Origin: Zootoca vivipara | Taxonomy: Eukaryota | Direction of reading: 5' to 3' | Length of the DNA: 64,000 nt | NCBI RefSeq assembly: GCF_963506605.1 | Contig: NC_083276.1 | Span: forward strand, 48,732,001-48,796,000 | Shown: in pieces, positions 42,851 to 56,400 of the stretch | How positions within the stretch are numbered: position 1 is the first letter of the stretch | Layout: the number at the start of each line of letters is the position of its first letter | Notes under the pieces: generated by a model | Told to the model about the DNA's origin: nothing | Databases searched by the model: none | Seen by the model: only the letters and a program-made list of their open reading frames with translations | Translations under genes and position numbers: made by a program

Positions 42851-43002
42851 CAGTCGTACCTTCGGGGTACATAAGCAGCAAACCCGGAAGTATATTTCCG
42901 GGTTTTTGCCGCATGTGCAGAAGCGGTCCCACCGGTTGCGGAAACCTCGGGATCTGACCGGAGTTCCAAAGTGGATCCCGTCCACAACCGGAGGTTCCAC
43001 TG
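42851..43002. mobile_element. Tc1/mariner (Tigger-like) MITE
   Basis: CAGTCGTACCTTCGG / CCGGAGGTTCCACTG. Confidence 0.7.
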
Positions 43003-43409
43003 TGGAGAATTTTAACTAGGTCAAGTAAAGTTGTCCTGTTTGGGTGTGGCCAGTCTGTTACGTGACTGGCAGTCTTATGTTGTTATACTATACACACTTG
43101 CTTGGAAGTAAGTTTCCTTTGAGATCAATGGGATTTACTTATCAATAGGTATTGCACTGATACAGTTATCTACATTACAGTTGTATTCCATCTGAGGAGC
43201 TTAGTGTTCTAGCTTTGCATAAACTTCGTGTTGTAAGTTGTCCTGAGAGATGTGAGCTCCTTGTACCAGTAAATGTTACAAGTGAGTGACCCACTTTCTC
43301 CAGCCGTAGGCACTGCCCTGCTAGTCTAGTCCATTATTCAGTTTCCAGGAAAGAGAAACATGGAAGATGGAACGAGCTTTTTTTCCTGCTATTCCAGAGG
43401 GTAGGAACT

Positions 43410-43617
43410 GAGCTATTGGATTCAAATTACAATAAAGGAGATTCCGACTAAGCATTAGAAAGAAATTTTTGATGATGATAAGAGCTGTTTGACTGTGGAA
43501 CTGACTCCTTCGGGAGGTATGGACTCTCCTTCCTTGGAGGTTTTTAAGCAGAGTTTGGATGGCCATCTGTCATGGGATGATTGCAGGGAGTTGGACTAAA
43601 TGACCCTATGAGTCCTA
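43410..43617 (+). mobile_element. CR1 LINE 3' fragment
   Basis: tctccttccttggaggtttttaagcagag…gttggactaaatgacc typical CR1 end. Confidence 0.75.
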
Positions 43618-44359
43618 GGAAGATTGCAAGTAGCCTTCTTCTATTATTAATCTTCTAGTCTCTGGCATCTTGAGGTATGTTTTCTCTTACTATGAAAAAG
43701 CTACTTAGCTATCATCTGTTAATTTTAAATTCTTTTAAAAAAACAATCTAGGCTATTGACCATCACCACATTTTAATGAATTCTGTAAGTTGTTGATCCA
43801 TTGTGTGGATTGCTGCTTTTTCCATTGTTGACATAACCTGACCCTGAGTTCTAGTGGTATGAGTTGGGGGACTCCCCAGAACAGATTGTTTTTTTGGGGG
43901 TGGCTTCCGGGGGCATAAGCAGATTTCTGTTGTGCAAGTGGGTGGACATCATTGGTCAGCTCACATTTTCTGTACTGGGATGGCTAATCTGTGGCCGTCC
44001 AGATGTTGTAAGGCTACAACTTACATAGGGGTTATATCAAGCCAAATCATTTTGCATGTCAAATGACTTCTGCAGGTGCAACAGAACTTCCACTCCCTCT
44101 TTTGTCTGGTGCAAAGCCCCTGTCTGATCTGGGGTTTCCCCCAAGCCTCAGAGCAGATTTGGTGGCAGTGCAGGGGGAGGAAGGGGAGAGGGAGTTCCAT
44201 TGTGCTCACAGAAGTTGCATACACAGTGATTTAGGTGGAGTCGATCTATAATTGCTGACCATTGACCGTGCTGGCTGGGATTGATGGGAGTATGAGGTCC
44301 ATCAACATGTGGAGGTCACAAGTTAAGGTCCCCTGTTTACATTATTTGAGTAATTACAG

Positions 44360-44630
44360 CAGGGCAGTCTTTAGCATATGCGCCGCCGGGGTGCAAATAC
44401 CCAGTACCCCCAAATTTAGTTTAGCTGCGCCCAAATTTTTTAGGGGGACAAACTCAAAGTCGTTGGGAATATTGGACTCTGTGGAGTAACAGAGCGACGG
44501 AGGAGGGGGCAGGGACTTTCGCTCCATTGCTTTTCACTGCCACCAATTGAGAGGGACTGGTATACAGTAGGCATACATTTGGTGCCCCCCAGAATTTAAT
44601 GCCCCGCACCCCCGGGTAAAGACTGCGCTG
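44360..44630. mobile_element. hAT (Tip100-like) MITE
   Basis: TIR CAGGGCAGTCTTTA / TAAAGACTGCGCTG; 8-bp TSD AATTACAG. Confidence 0.85.
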
Positions 44631-45483
44631 AATTACAGCTAGTTTAGACACCCCTCATTGTATGTGTGAAGTTAGGAATTTTTTACTGCAATGAATATCC
44701 CTTTGCTACTCATTTGCTATTTTGTTGCCCATTTCGTATGCTTGAAATTTAGCCAAATCACTGGGGGCTTGACAAAATTGCTGCAAATGCAGGATGTGAT
44801 CCATGAGCTATCAGTTGACCATTCTTGCTGTGTATTATAAAAGCATGAAAGAAGGATTTCTTTGGCATTGCCCAAACCTCATGGGGGACTGTTAACATGA
44901 ACAACCTGCCACATGGAGCCATACCCACTTGGTTGAATTGCAGGTTGCCATCTTCTTTAGTTTTTGTACATAAACAAGCCATTATCTCTTGTGGACAGAC
45001 ATGTTCCTACGCTGCCAAGGATATTGGACTGAGTGTTGCATTCCCTCCCCCTTTAGTAAATTTAATAAGCAGCAGAGCTACTGGCTTAAAGGATGTCTAG
45101 AGTAGTTTGTAAACTAAAGTTTTAGACTACCATGAACCAGTGTCAGGAAAGTGGCTTTGGTTCTATTATGAGAGGTCACTTCACTGGATCTATAAGTTTT
45201 GGTCTCAGAGAGATGGCTCATATATCACAGAGAAGCATACTTGTTTTCTGTTGTAACATGCAAAGTGGGACTCTTATTTACTGCTTTTGCTGCAGTTAAA
45301 TATAGTCATTCCCCATTTTGCATGTAATGGCAGAAACACAACCAACTCATACTTCTGCTTCCCCCCCTCGAGGTTAGAATCCTCTGTCTTTAACCTTAAT
45401 TGCTTATTTACACTCCTCAAAAGAGATGAATATTGAGTGTGATGGGAAAAAAGATTAAAGAAGTTGGTTTACATAATCATAAC

Positions 45484-46050
45484 AACATAAGAGACTAGCT
45501 GGATCAGACCAAAAGCCCATCTAATCCAACTTTCTGTTCTCACAGCAACCAACCAGACGTCTGTGAAAAACACTCAGGCAGAACATGACACATAACAGCA
45601 CTTCCTACTTGTGTTTCCCAGCAACTGATATTCAGAGGCATATTGCCTCTGATAGTGGAGATAATACAGTTTTTGTGACCAATAGTGATTGATAGCCTTA
45701 TCATCCATGAATTTATCTAATCTCCTTTTAGAGTCCTCAGAGTTGGTGGCCATCACTTCATCTTGTGCAAGTGAATTCTGCTGTAGAAAAAAGTGCAGAA
45801 TATCCCACCATTCAGTTTCATTGGGTGACTGGATTCTGAGAGGAAGATCTACTGTATTTACATTTTCTCTACACACTTAAATTTTACACAACTCCATCAT
45901 GCCCCCCTTATTGTCATTGTTTAAAGTAAAAAGCCCAAGCCTAATCTTTCCTCACAGGGGAGATGCTTCAACCTCCTAATCATTTTGTCTCTCTCTGTTC
46001 CCATCTTCATTTATTTTTATTGAGGTAAATTATACTGACTCATACTTCAA
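45484..46050 (-). mobile_element. CR1 LINE fragment
   Basis: aacataagagactagctggatcagaccaaaagcccatct… reverse-strand CR1 3' region. Confidence 0.65.
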
Positions 46051-46280
46051 CGAAATCCAAAAGTGGTTAATCATCTATGTATAACTAGTAAGTTTGAGCA
46101 CTACAGCTTCTTTTTAGGACAATGAGGACACAACTGCCTTTAACATGACAGTCATTCTCCAGAAGTGGTTGTTGAAACAGTAAATATAAGCCATCATATT
46201 ACCAGGCACTTAGCTTCCGACTAGCCAGGAAATAAACAAGCTAACTAAATGGAGATTGGTACATTCAACAGGTATCAGAG

Positions 46281-46358
46281 TTGATTTCTACGGTAGTTCA
46301 GAATTAGCCTTGAAGGCACTAAGGAACCCGAACTTCAAATGAAAGAAGACGCTCCATG
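46281..46358 (+). other. CELF1: Candidate small non-coding 5'UTR exon of CELF1 (acceptor uncertain)
   Basis: Donor ATG|GTAGGT at 46358 and AG acceptors at 46280/46296/46301. Vertebrate CELF1 has a short UTR exon about 1 kb upstream of the MAAFKLDF exon (recalled, not verified). Confidence 0.3.
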
Positions 46359-47367
46359 GTAGGTGCAGGAAAGTTAATATGCATAATTTACCCAGCTTTT
46401 TTTTTTAGAACTGTGTGTCAGTTTGGTAAAACTTGCGTCTGAAGAAGGTTTAAACTCATGTGTGGGAAAGCAATTTTGGAAAAGAAGAAAGGACTTCAAC
46501 TTAATGCCAGGGCTTGAGAGTTTAACACTGAGAATTTCAGACTGAATTGTGCATTGCAGTGGGAAATGCTATTGATGATTTTTTTTCATATCTTGTAGCT
46601 AGCATATTAAGAAATGACTTCTTTGGCCAGGAGTTTCTAAAGTTCACCTTGTTTTCCAAGTGAAATTGGGAAGCTTACCAATATGTTCAATTAGGATTTC
46701 TCCCTGTTCTATACTGTATGCAATACTCAAGGCTGAAGTGAAATGTTGTTCTATTGAAGGAAGTAGAAATCTTGCCCAGCCCCACATAGCAAGCATGTTG
46801 AGCCCAGTTATATATATGTTGAGCCAGGATTTAATAAGCTTCCACCATCTCATAAAATGTGATTAGTTGACCTCAAACCAGAAAAGCAGTGTAATGATGC
46901 TTGGTTTAAGAATATTCTATCTAAAGAAATATTTAAGGGCTCATACTTTTGTGGTAGTGAGTTTGATTGGAAGCTATGAAGCTAGTTTGTGTTCTTTTCT
47001 GCTCTGTTGCACGCAACTATCTTCATGGATCTGACACTCTGTTTATCTGACAGTGCACTCAGTACTGCTTTGCCAGGGAAAATTGCACAAAACAAGCCCA
47101 GTGCATCAGCATTTTCATTGTGTACTGAGCTGAGTCTCTCTTCACATGGTCACATCCCCTTTTTAATCCTGGTCCTCATGTTTCTTTCCCAGTCCAGCCT
47201 GTTTTTGTGGTGTCTGTTGCTGGTCTCCCTAAGCTTGTGTTCTTGTGGTTTGAGTGTTATTTTGTGTGGATCACTGTGTTAAGACTCTAAGAAATTAAGT
47301 GGTGGTATTCAATTGGTTCGACAGGACAGTGATCTAGCATTAGTGGTTTGTGGTAAGCAGAGAAGTG

Positions 47368-47438
47368 ATGGCTGCTTTTAAGTTGGATTTCCTCCCAGAA
47401 ATGATGGTGGATCATTGCTCCTTGAATGCCAGCCCTAT
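47368..47438 (+). CDS. CELF1: CELF1 alternative N-terminal coding exon ([23 protein letters not shown])
   Basis: Known long-isoform N-terminus; gtgagt donor; phase 2 joins exon at 52911. Confidence 0.9.
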
Positions 47439-50400
47439 GTGAGTATTTTGTTTTCATAGCTAATCTACATTAATGCTGATCGCTTTCAATTTATTCTTTT
47501 GAAGGTAATTGGTGGGGGATTTGATCATCGTTCTGTATTAAGGGAAGAACCTAAATAGGCATATAAGACCCTAGAGTTAATTTATGGAAGAGAGCCTAAA
47601 AAACATGAACAAGAACAGAATTAGGGACAGTGTGTTAAGTTTGTATCCAGCATAGGATTGTGTTCCAGAGTGAGTTAATTTTAGAGAAAGACTCTTTATG
47701 GTTCACATAGCCCTTAAGATACAACTAAATTAAATTCTGCACTATATGTGGCACATCCATGCAGTTCAGGAGGGAATGCCAAATACATTCTTGTGAAATT
47801 TTATAGCTTGAATTGTACTTTTTTAGCATGTTAGATTTGCAGTTTTACATATTAAGTTAACTTTCTGCTCCTTGCATGTGCAGACACCTGCACATGCAAG
47901 GAGCAGAAACACAATAGTAAAGTTTACTGATCAAAATTATATGGTATGGATGCATATAGCTATTAAAGCATCATTCAGAGACATTTAATGGTTGTGGTAT
48001 TAGCTTCATTGGAATACTGTTTTCAGGTAAGTGTGGGCCATCTATTTTCTTGATTTTAATCCAGAAAGATCCCAAATGTGTGTTTTACCCCAAAGGATCC
48101 CTATTACAATTGCATTCGGGCTATTTCTGGCCCCTTCAATATCTAACTTTGCTATGGGATAGCAATTTATCATACATAGTAGAAAGCGACTAGCAAGGTT
48201 GGTTGCACCATGTGTGTGCATGGTGTTTCAGAGTACAACAGAACAAACTCTATATAGAGAACTTACAAACACTCTTAATTCAACACTAGGTGATGATGTA
48301 AATGGAGGGAAATAGTATTATTTCAGTAACATGTATTTGGACTTGGTTACAAAAGGTCAAGGAGACACGCCTGTTTATACCTAGATCCAAAACATGTTTG
48401 GGGGTTGTATCCAATTAATTATACTTGGAGTAGACCCATTGAAATTACTGAATCTAAATTAGTTATGTTTATTGATAACTTTTGTTTCATTCGCATCTCT
48501 TAGTTGTTCTTGCATTGGATACAACCCTAGGAGTCTGTAATCCAGCCAGTTTTGCACAACTGGCTACACTTGTTAATTTATGGATGCCAGAAATCCTGAT
48601 GCATAAGCCTTTTGAAAATCAACTATCTGTATCAGCTGCACTTTCAGTACTTTGATGTATCACAACCAATATGTGAAAATAAGGGCTGTTGATTTTATTA
48701 ATCATTTAGATATGACTTATAGAACTCAGCCCCTCTCTCTTCTCTTAAGAATAAAAAGGCAAGTTATTTTCTCTCAACTGAGTTTACAGTTTCAGATTAT
48801 TATTATTTTATTTAAAAAATCAAATATTTTCCTGTTGAAAATTGCTGGGAAGCTTACAGCAATTTCTAACATTAAAAATACAAATAAGAAATTAATAGCA
48901 CATAAAACAAACTCATTGTAAATATAATATTAGGGGAGCACAGCAATGAGATAAAATATTGAAAGAGTAATAGCCCTGTTGAAGAAGCCTTCCTTGGTTT
49001 TTTGATAATCAGTAAAGATAATTCACATTTGCATGTCCCTCAGGACTGAGTTTCACACTTCTAGGGCAACTGCATAAATTGCTCTATTACATCCTATTGC
49101 AGTTTTAATTTTCTTGAAAGAGGAATTTGAAATGCGTTTTAAAGAAAAGCGGACCTGTAACATAAAAAATAACTATTTGATGGTTCAAAACTTGTTACCT
49201 TGAATCCTTAGTTGCTTTAGTTCAAGGATTAATGTGAGGAAAACAAGTTCAGTTTTCCAAGATTCATTTTCAAAATGTTTTTAATTATTCAGAGTTTGGA
49301 TATTGGATCACTATAAGATGCCATCTTAGAGTAATTACGTAAAGTCGGCATAATTAAAAATTCAGTTTTATTCATTTGAAAAATAACTGGCCTGCCTTGT
49401 TCTGATATTTCTTGATTCTACATAATCTTACTGTTCTCTTAGGTGTGGAATGGTGGGTAACCATTTGAGGTAGCAGTGAGATCACACAGATCCAGTTATC
49501 GGAGCATGTCCTTGAAGTGGGATTGAAGGCAGTCCACAAACAGGGACTACATGTTGCACACCCAATTCAAATTTGGTTTTATTCATCTCTCTCTCCCTTT
49601 CTCAAAAAATCATTTAAAGGTATGGGTCCCCTGAGGAGTCACAGATCGAGTTAAATGAAGCATATTCACACTTACTGACACTTTCATACAGCAATATCTA
49701 TGGCAGAGTAGCATCCAAGTCCATAAAACATACTACCGGTATCAGTAAAAAGAATTTATTCTTTCGATTCATGAGGCTGTTTCCTGAATTTTTTTAAAAA
49801 AACAAAACATACAGTCACAAACCCTTTAAAAGCAAAATAAAACACCAAAATCATACTATTTTTTATAGGAAAGGGGTTAAAAATAAGTTACTGTACATAT
49901 ATAAAATAAGAAAAAGAACAAAACTACCCAAATCTCTTCATAAAACTTTGCAGTGGAAAACATAAATCTATATAACCTATAACAGCAGCAGCCTGAAAGA
50001 AACATAAATGCTTTTTACTTTGTAAAGTCATGCTGTCTGTTTGCCTGGAGGCAATTCTTACTTTCAGTATTGGAGAAAACTAAAAACATTTTTATAGAGT
50101 TTATGAATAAATGGGTCAGCCGTCCCCTGATAATAATCCCTTGAAAATAATGGCACTTAACATGGTTCACAAGAAGGAAAGTGACAAAAATAACAACTGA
50201 AGTTAATACTGTACAAAAAGTTACTCCCTTGCTGTTGCAGCATGACTTTCAGATTCTGCAGTATTAGCCCTGTGTATGTTGTATGAAGTTGGAGTGAACA
50301 GTGTATGCCTTTGGGCAGCATGATGTTAATACAAGTCTACCTCTTGTCCCTTCACCACAGCCTTATTCTCCTTTTTCCTCCCTGTAGCTAGACTGCAAAG

Positions 50401-53400
50401 CAGGGATGAAAATTTGTGTTTCTTCAGTTGTCATTGAACTCCATCTTCCATCAGCACCAGCTATCATGGCCAGTGGTCAGGAATGCTGGGAGATGTAGTG
50501 CAGCAGCAGCTGGAGGGTTGCAGATTCCCTAGTCCTTATCTAGAGAAACCAATAGGCAAGGGAAAGCTTTGGGAGTTTTTTTGGTGGTCTGTGGTTTAGA
50601 TGCCTAATTCTTTGATACTGAGATCTGAAACTCAACTGCCTAAACAATAAGTCCATGGTGGAAGCAACATCTAGTAGGGGCAATCAGTATGCTCATACAA
50701 AATTCCACAGAATGGAAGAACCTGGAAGTCTCAATAAATATATTATTTACAGTCTATGTTCTAGTATTCTGAATAGTGCTTCTTCCTTTGTCTCAAATTC
50801 ACAGATTATCAATAGGATTAACAAACAGTCAGTTGACTGACTGTTGTTTGACTGTGATCCAGTAAAGCTAAGAACGCCACTGTGGGTTTTGTTATTTTAA
50901 ATTTTGCAACTGTACACTGGCCCTGGTATTCTATGGTAAAAGTCAAAAGACAAGAACTGTTCAGTGAATTATTCCAATCAGTAGAAATCTTACTTGACGT
51001 GGTTAAAAGTTATAATAATTCATTATTATTATTTAAAAATTCAATGTTTTACAATAACAATCTGTTTTTGTAATTAATGTAAGTATTAAATGTTTTGATG
51101 ATGACAGTTAATTACTAGGTTGAATCTGTGCCTTCTGATATTAAAGCAAGGTTGCTATTTTTCTTGACTTCTTGTTCCGTTTTGAAAAAATATGTCACAA
51201 TGTCTGTGGATTATGAAATACTGGTTTAAATAGGACAACATTGAATGCCTATAAGTGGAATGATCAAATGGGAAATTCAAATTCCTTTGTACAATACCCT
51301 GCTCATTTAAACCTGAAACTCAGCAATCTACCATTGTAGCACAATTACCCAAAAGTGCTGACTACTGAGGCTTGGGGCTAGGGGAGCAGGAAGGAAGCTA
51401 CTCATCTAGCAACAAATCTGAGTGGTGCAGTACAGTGAATGGATGTTGCTGTTTCCTTCTCGTCCCCCCAAAATATGCTGCCTTTAAGCTTGAAAGGTGA
51501 AACACGTTTGAATGTGCACCTCATAGTGCAGGGGTGGGTATCTTGTGCTTAGCAGGCCAAGTTTGGCTTGCTGCTGGTCCAGTTTGATTCATGAGGCCGT
51601 TTCCACCAAACCCTGCCTGCCTGCCCATCTAATCAACATCAGTTGATAAGCAGGAGGACAGGATTTTATCCTGCATTGGCTGTGCCACTCTGCTGTCTGA
51701 GGGAACAGGATCATGCTGCCTAGGCAACAGGATTTAATATCAACTCTTTAGATGAAATCACATGACTGACAGGTGGAGAACCCTTGCTGGAGCAGTGTTA
51801 AAATGAGGGTGGAGGTGCTTCAGAGAGCAGTTGGTCAACCTCTTCAAAGAACAAAGGGTCTTAATCTTTGCCCAGCAGCTGATGGGTGAGCCTTGGCTGC
51901 ACAAACCTCTTCCTGGCTCCCCACCTCTGCCATAGGGGCATATGTGTTCCCCATCTTCCTTTTTTCTCTAACTGACGCTGAATTGATCTTCACATGTCAT
52001 TGCAGTGTGTCGTCACTTCTGAATATGAGTGCTTTTCAGAGTTTCAGCTGGTCTTACCCTGTTTCTCATATTTTAAGACATATCCATAAAATAAGCCATA
52101 GCAGGATTTTTAAGCATTCAAGGAATATAAGCCATACCCCGAAAATAAGACATAGTGATAGGCGTAGCAGCAATGCCGGCCACGGCAGAAGGAGGAGGAA
52201 AAAAATAAGACATCCCTTGAAAATAAGCCATAGTGTGTTTTTTTGAGGAAAAAATAAATATAAGACATGTCTTATAATATGAGAAACACGGTATCTTCCA
52301 TGCAGAGTATTATACCCAAACCAAACCATTGGTCTATTTTTAGGATTCCCATTCAGGAATTTTATTTTTATGGTTTTTTAATTTTTTTAAAAAAGTTATA
52401 TATATCTGCAGACATTGGGTTCTCCCAAGCAGGTTGACACCTCCCTTTTGTTTCTCAGTGACCCTGTTTTGGCTCCCATTTTTGTTGGCACTCAGCACTT
52501 TAGTTTGCTGTTAGAGGGAATGATGATATTTTTTCATCTTTATACTTACTACTAAATTCATTAGTTTTAATTACACCAACTTTTAGCTCAGTTTTCCTTC
52601 TCCAATAAACCATTATTTACCCTTTATACAAGACTATAATACATTCTATTTCTAAGATGCTAACGTTTCTGGGAGAGAAAACAGCAAATTCATCTGAGAC
52701 ATTTGAAGGCAATCAAGTCTTTGGAGAAGTGTCTCTTCTCTCTTCCCACCACATGCCTGGTTTTCAGTGGACAGAATATGTTCTCTCAATATCTCAGATA
52801 AGCAACAATTTTGAGTTTTAATTATTATCTTTCTAATACATTTGAAGAAGGGTTGGTTGGGACAGAGTCTAGGAGGACACTTACCATATGTTTCTCATTG
52901 ACTCATGCAGCTCAAAGAAAATGAATGGCACACTAGACCACCCTGACCAACCGGACATTGATGCCATCAAGATGTTTGTTGGCCAGGTCCCACGGAGTTG
53001 GTCTGAAAAAGATCTGCGAGATCTGTTTGAACAGTATGGTGCTGTCTATGAAATAAATGTCCTGCGGGACAGGAGCCAAAATCCTCCTCAGAGCAAAGGT
53101 GAGAGCTCTCTCTTTTCTTTTTACTGCAGGTTTTGGTCCAAGATCATTATGTGTCTTATTGACACTTATTACTTTGAGAAAGCATGTATTTGTGTTGTTT
53201 TGATATCACAATCCATGCATGATCTTCATATTACTGTATTTGGTATGGTAGCAAGAAAAGCAGTTAGTAGGAAGGTTAGTTTAGATGTCTGTTGTTCTTC
53301 ACATGCAGATGCAAACTTGGGCATGTCACTACATGTTGACAGTTTTATCGTTGAGCTGTACCTGCATAGTTTGCTTATTTTATAGGTTTTCTCCTGAAAA

Positions 53401-56400
53401 AACATAAATATGTGAAGTAGCCCTAAGTTGGGGGCATAGTGCACATAATGTTATTCCATTTGGGTGTCTTACTGATAAGATTCACAAGCAAGGAGTGTCC
53501 ACTTGATGTCCATTGAAACATTTTCTACAAGATTGATCTTTCTTTTGACCTGTGCAACTCAGTCTCAAAGTGTGAAACAAGGCTCTCAAGAGTTTCAGGA
53601 AGTTGCCACAAAAGGTATAAGCTCCTGACCTCTCATCTACTTCTGCCTTGAACTATTGACTGGGCCAGGAGGTAAAACTGTAGGGAAAGGTTTACTCTTA
53701 GTGTTACTAATATACATCTAATGAAGTGAGAATAAGGTGAAACCAAGAGCAGTTAAGTTGCAATAGCAAAAAAGGGGGGCTTATCTGTTATATTGTGAAT
53801 TCTGAAAACTAAAGTGTCATGCAGTAGAACGAGACCTCAAAATCCCAGTGTTCATAGTGAAGGATATTGCTTCAAGATGCAGATAAAGGGGACACTTTTA
53901 GCTCTCTCACTAAAAAAAAAGCTCCCTGCAAATTAGGAAAAAGATACTATTGTATTTGGGATCCTGTAGTACCAACTTTCTACTTGCAGCACACCTTGTG
54001 ATCCCCCCCCAATGGTAGGGTTTTCAAAAATGTGATTCTCCTACACAGTACATTTTATCACCTTATTCTGCTGTATGTTAGACAAGGCCTAACTTATATG
54101 TAATTTTTATTGGGTTTTCTACACATCAAGTTAAACATTTTACAAACTTTGAAACATTCAATAACTTCCCTTCTCCTTCCATGGTTCATATTACATATCA
54201 TTGTTTCCTGCATATTTTACTATAACCATTCAAATGAGGAATAGTTGATTTCTTGTTAGTTCACATTCTGCATACCTCCAGTCTTGGATCTTGTGCATAC
54301 ATAAGTCACTTATATAAATGGGACTGAAGTATGTTAAATAGTGAAGGCATTAGAAACATTAATTTTGATATTAATCTTACCCTTCAAAGATTCAGAATTC
54401 AGTTAGTGTCACCTTTTGGCTTAATGCATTCCGCTATCAAATAATTTATGCCGGAATGGATGATTTTTATATGTAACTTGTTTGCATTACAGGATGCTGT
54501 TTTGTTACATTTTATACCCGTAAAGCTGCACTAGAAGCACAGAATGCTCTTCATAACATGAAGATTCTCCCAGGGGTAAGACAATATGCATCATCTATTT
54601 AATCTGCTCTTTCAATATTTCTGCATGAATCCACACTCAGGATGCCATCTTTTCTGGGAGGGGGTATGTGGAGTCCCTTGAATTGACTGATATAAATACA
54701 GGCAACTCCTCACCTACATGGGGGTTACATTCTGGGGCCCCACGTGCACAAGTGAAAAAATGTAAAGTGAGGAGTACCCTCTAAGCACCCTCTAAACACC
54801 TTCTATGCTGCTCTCTCTTCAATCAGTACCAAAAATAATGTATCCACAGCTAGAATTGAAGTCCTGGGGCTGGCAGGAGGACATACAGGAAAGGGTCAGC
54901 TGCTGTTGAGCTATCCTGCACATCCGCTGTTAGGTAGGAAGGCTGAGCAGCATAAACAAAAGCCCTGCTGCATTTCAGGTGCTTCCTCTGCCCTCACTGA
55001 TGTCCTCTTCGGGATTCGGGGAGGGTCTCCATGAGGACTCTCCAGCTCTCTCCCACCATTTCCGGGTTTGAATTGAATTACTGAATTATTTCCTGGCACT
55101 GTGTGTGAGTTGATTGTGCATAAGTGGGAAGATGCCTGTACTGTCTTCTCTGAATTGGTAGCTGTAAAAATGGATTTATAAGTTCCCTTGTTATATATAA
55201 CAGCTTTGAAAGGAATGTATAGTTGTGGCTGGAGATGATTTACTCCCCAAAACTTGATTTCCACCTCTGCACCACTCCCAATCCTAATTGCTTTATCTGT
55301 GTTACAGATGCACCATCCCATCCAAATGAAGCCAGCCGACAGTGAAAAGAATAATGGTAAGTGTATGTAAAACAGCCTTTTTTCCCAAATTAATAACAAT
55401 CTGTTATATGGAAAGTTCATTGATTTTGACTTAAAAAACAACATCCAAGTTACTAAAGCATCACATACTACTACTGCCTTTGTGCAGTGCCTTTTGCTTT
55501 GCACTTAAGAAGTGAAAGAAGCTGATCCCTCTCCCTTGGTTGAGGAAATGCTAATAATATTTCTACAGGTTCAGCTTCAAGTTCTATAAAACATATTCAT
55601 TGCAAAGGCTTCTTTGTGATCCTAAAAGAAAAGGGGGTGGGAAGCAATATATTTGCTTTCTCAGAATGATTTTGTTATCTGTGCTGCCTAGTGAATGAAA
55701 ATAATCTCTGGTTTTGCATCTAGAATTATAAGGCTGCTCTATAGACACAACTTTCTCTTCTCTTACTATAAACCCTTCTGTTCTGAAAGAGTATAGTCTA
55801 TTACAGCATATGAAGATTTTTTTTGAATGGAGCATTGTATTCAGGCTTGCAATCTTGTTTCATACTGGAAATTACCTTGTAAAATTCACCTATGTTAAAG
55901 GAGAAATCACTGTCTTATATTTATATTAAAAGGACAATCCGTTTCTTAGTAATAAAAGCTGGTCAGTGTTTTTTGCACTGTAGACTACTTAAGCTTTTCA
56001 TTTTCTGTGGTTTATTGATGTGTAATACATTCTTTGTTACAAATTATGTAATTATATAAAATACAAATATGTGCTCATTTGTCTATCAGCTTGTTCAAGA
56101 ACGAACAAGTTGTTCATGGTTTAAATTCGTTGTTTAAATTTTAAATATGGTTATTAATATTGCCAACAAAAATATGCCAAGTAGCAATGTACAATGAGAA
56201 GATCTCTCTATTTAATCAGTTCTTAATCTAAGTGACGGTATCCAGTGCTCCTGCTCTGCTAGTGGAGTTACACTATAGAACAGAACCTCACTTTCTCTCC
56301 CTTATAGCCCCCCTGCCCCCTCAAAATTTGCTTCAAGAGCTTGGGGGACCAGCTGGAGAAAATTTTGGATGCATATGGTGAGGGTTGTGTTTGTAGATAA

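Noticed and set aside
50824-50845. 10-bp inverted repeat AACAGTCAGT-TG-ACTGACTGTT
   Set aside because: Too short to distinguish from background or to support a function.
52070-52270. Regularly spaced AAAATAAG(C/A)CAT repeats that superficially resemble a CRISPR array
   Set aside because: Eukaryotic DNA; these are subterminal repeats inside a TIR-bounded, TA-flanked MITE.
52888-52910. Upstream in-frame ATG (MFLIDSCS) before CELF1 SKKMNG
   Set aside because: Lies in the intron upstream of the acceptor at 52910.
54911-55504. 197-aa minus-strand ORF
   Set aside because: Antisense to a CELF1 exon and intron with no domain features; chance ORF.
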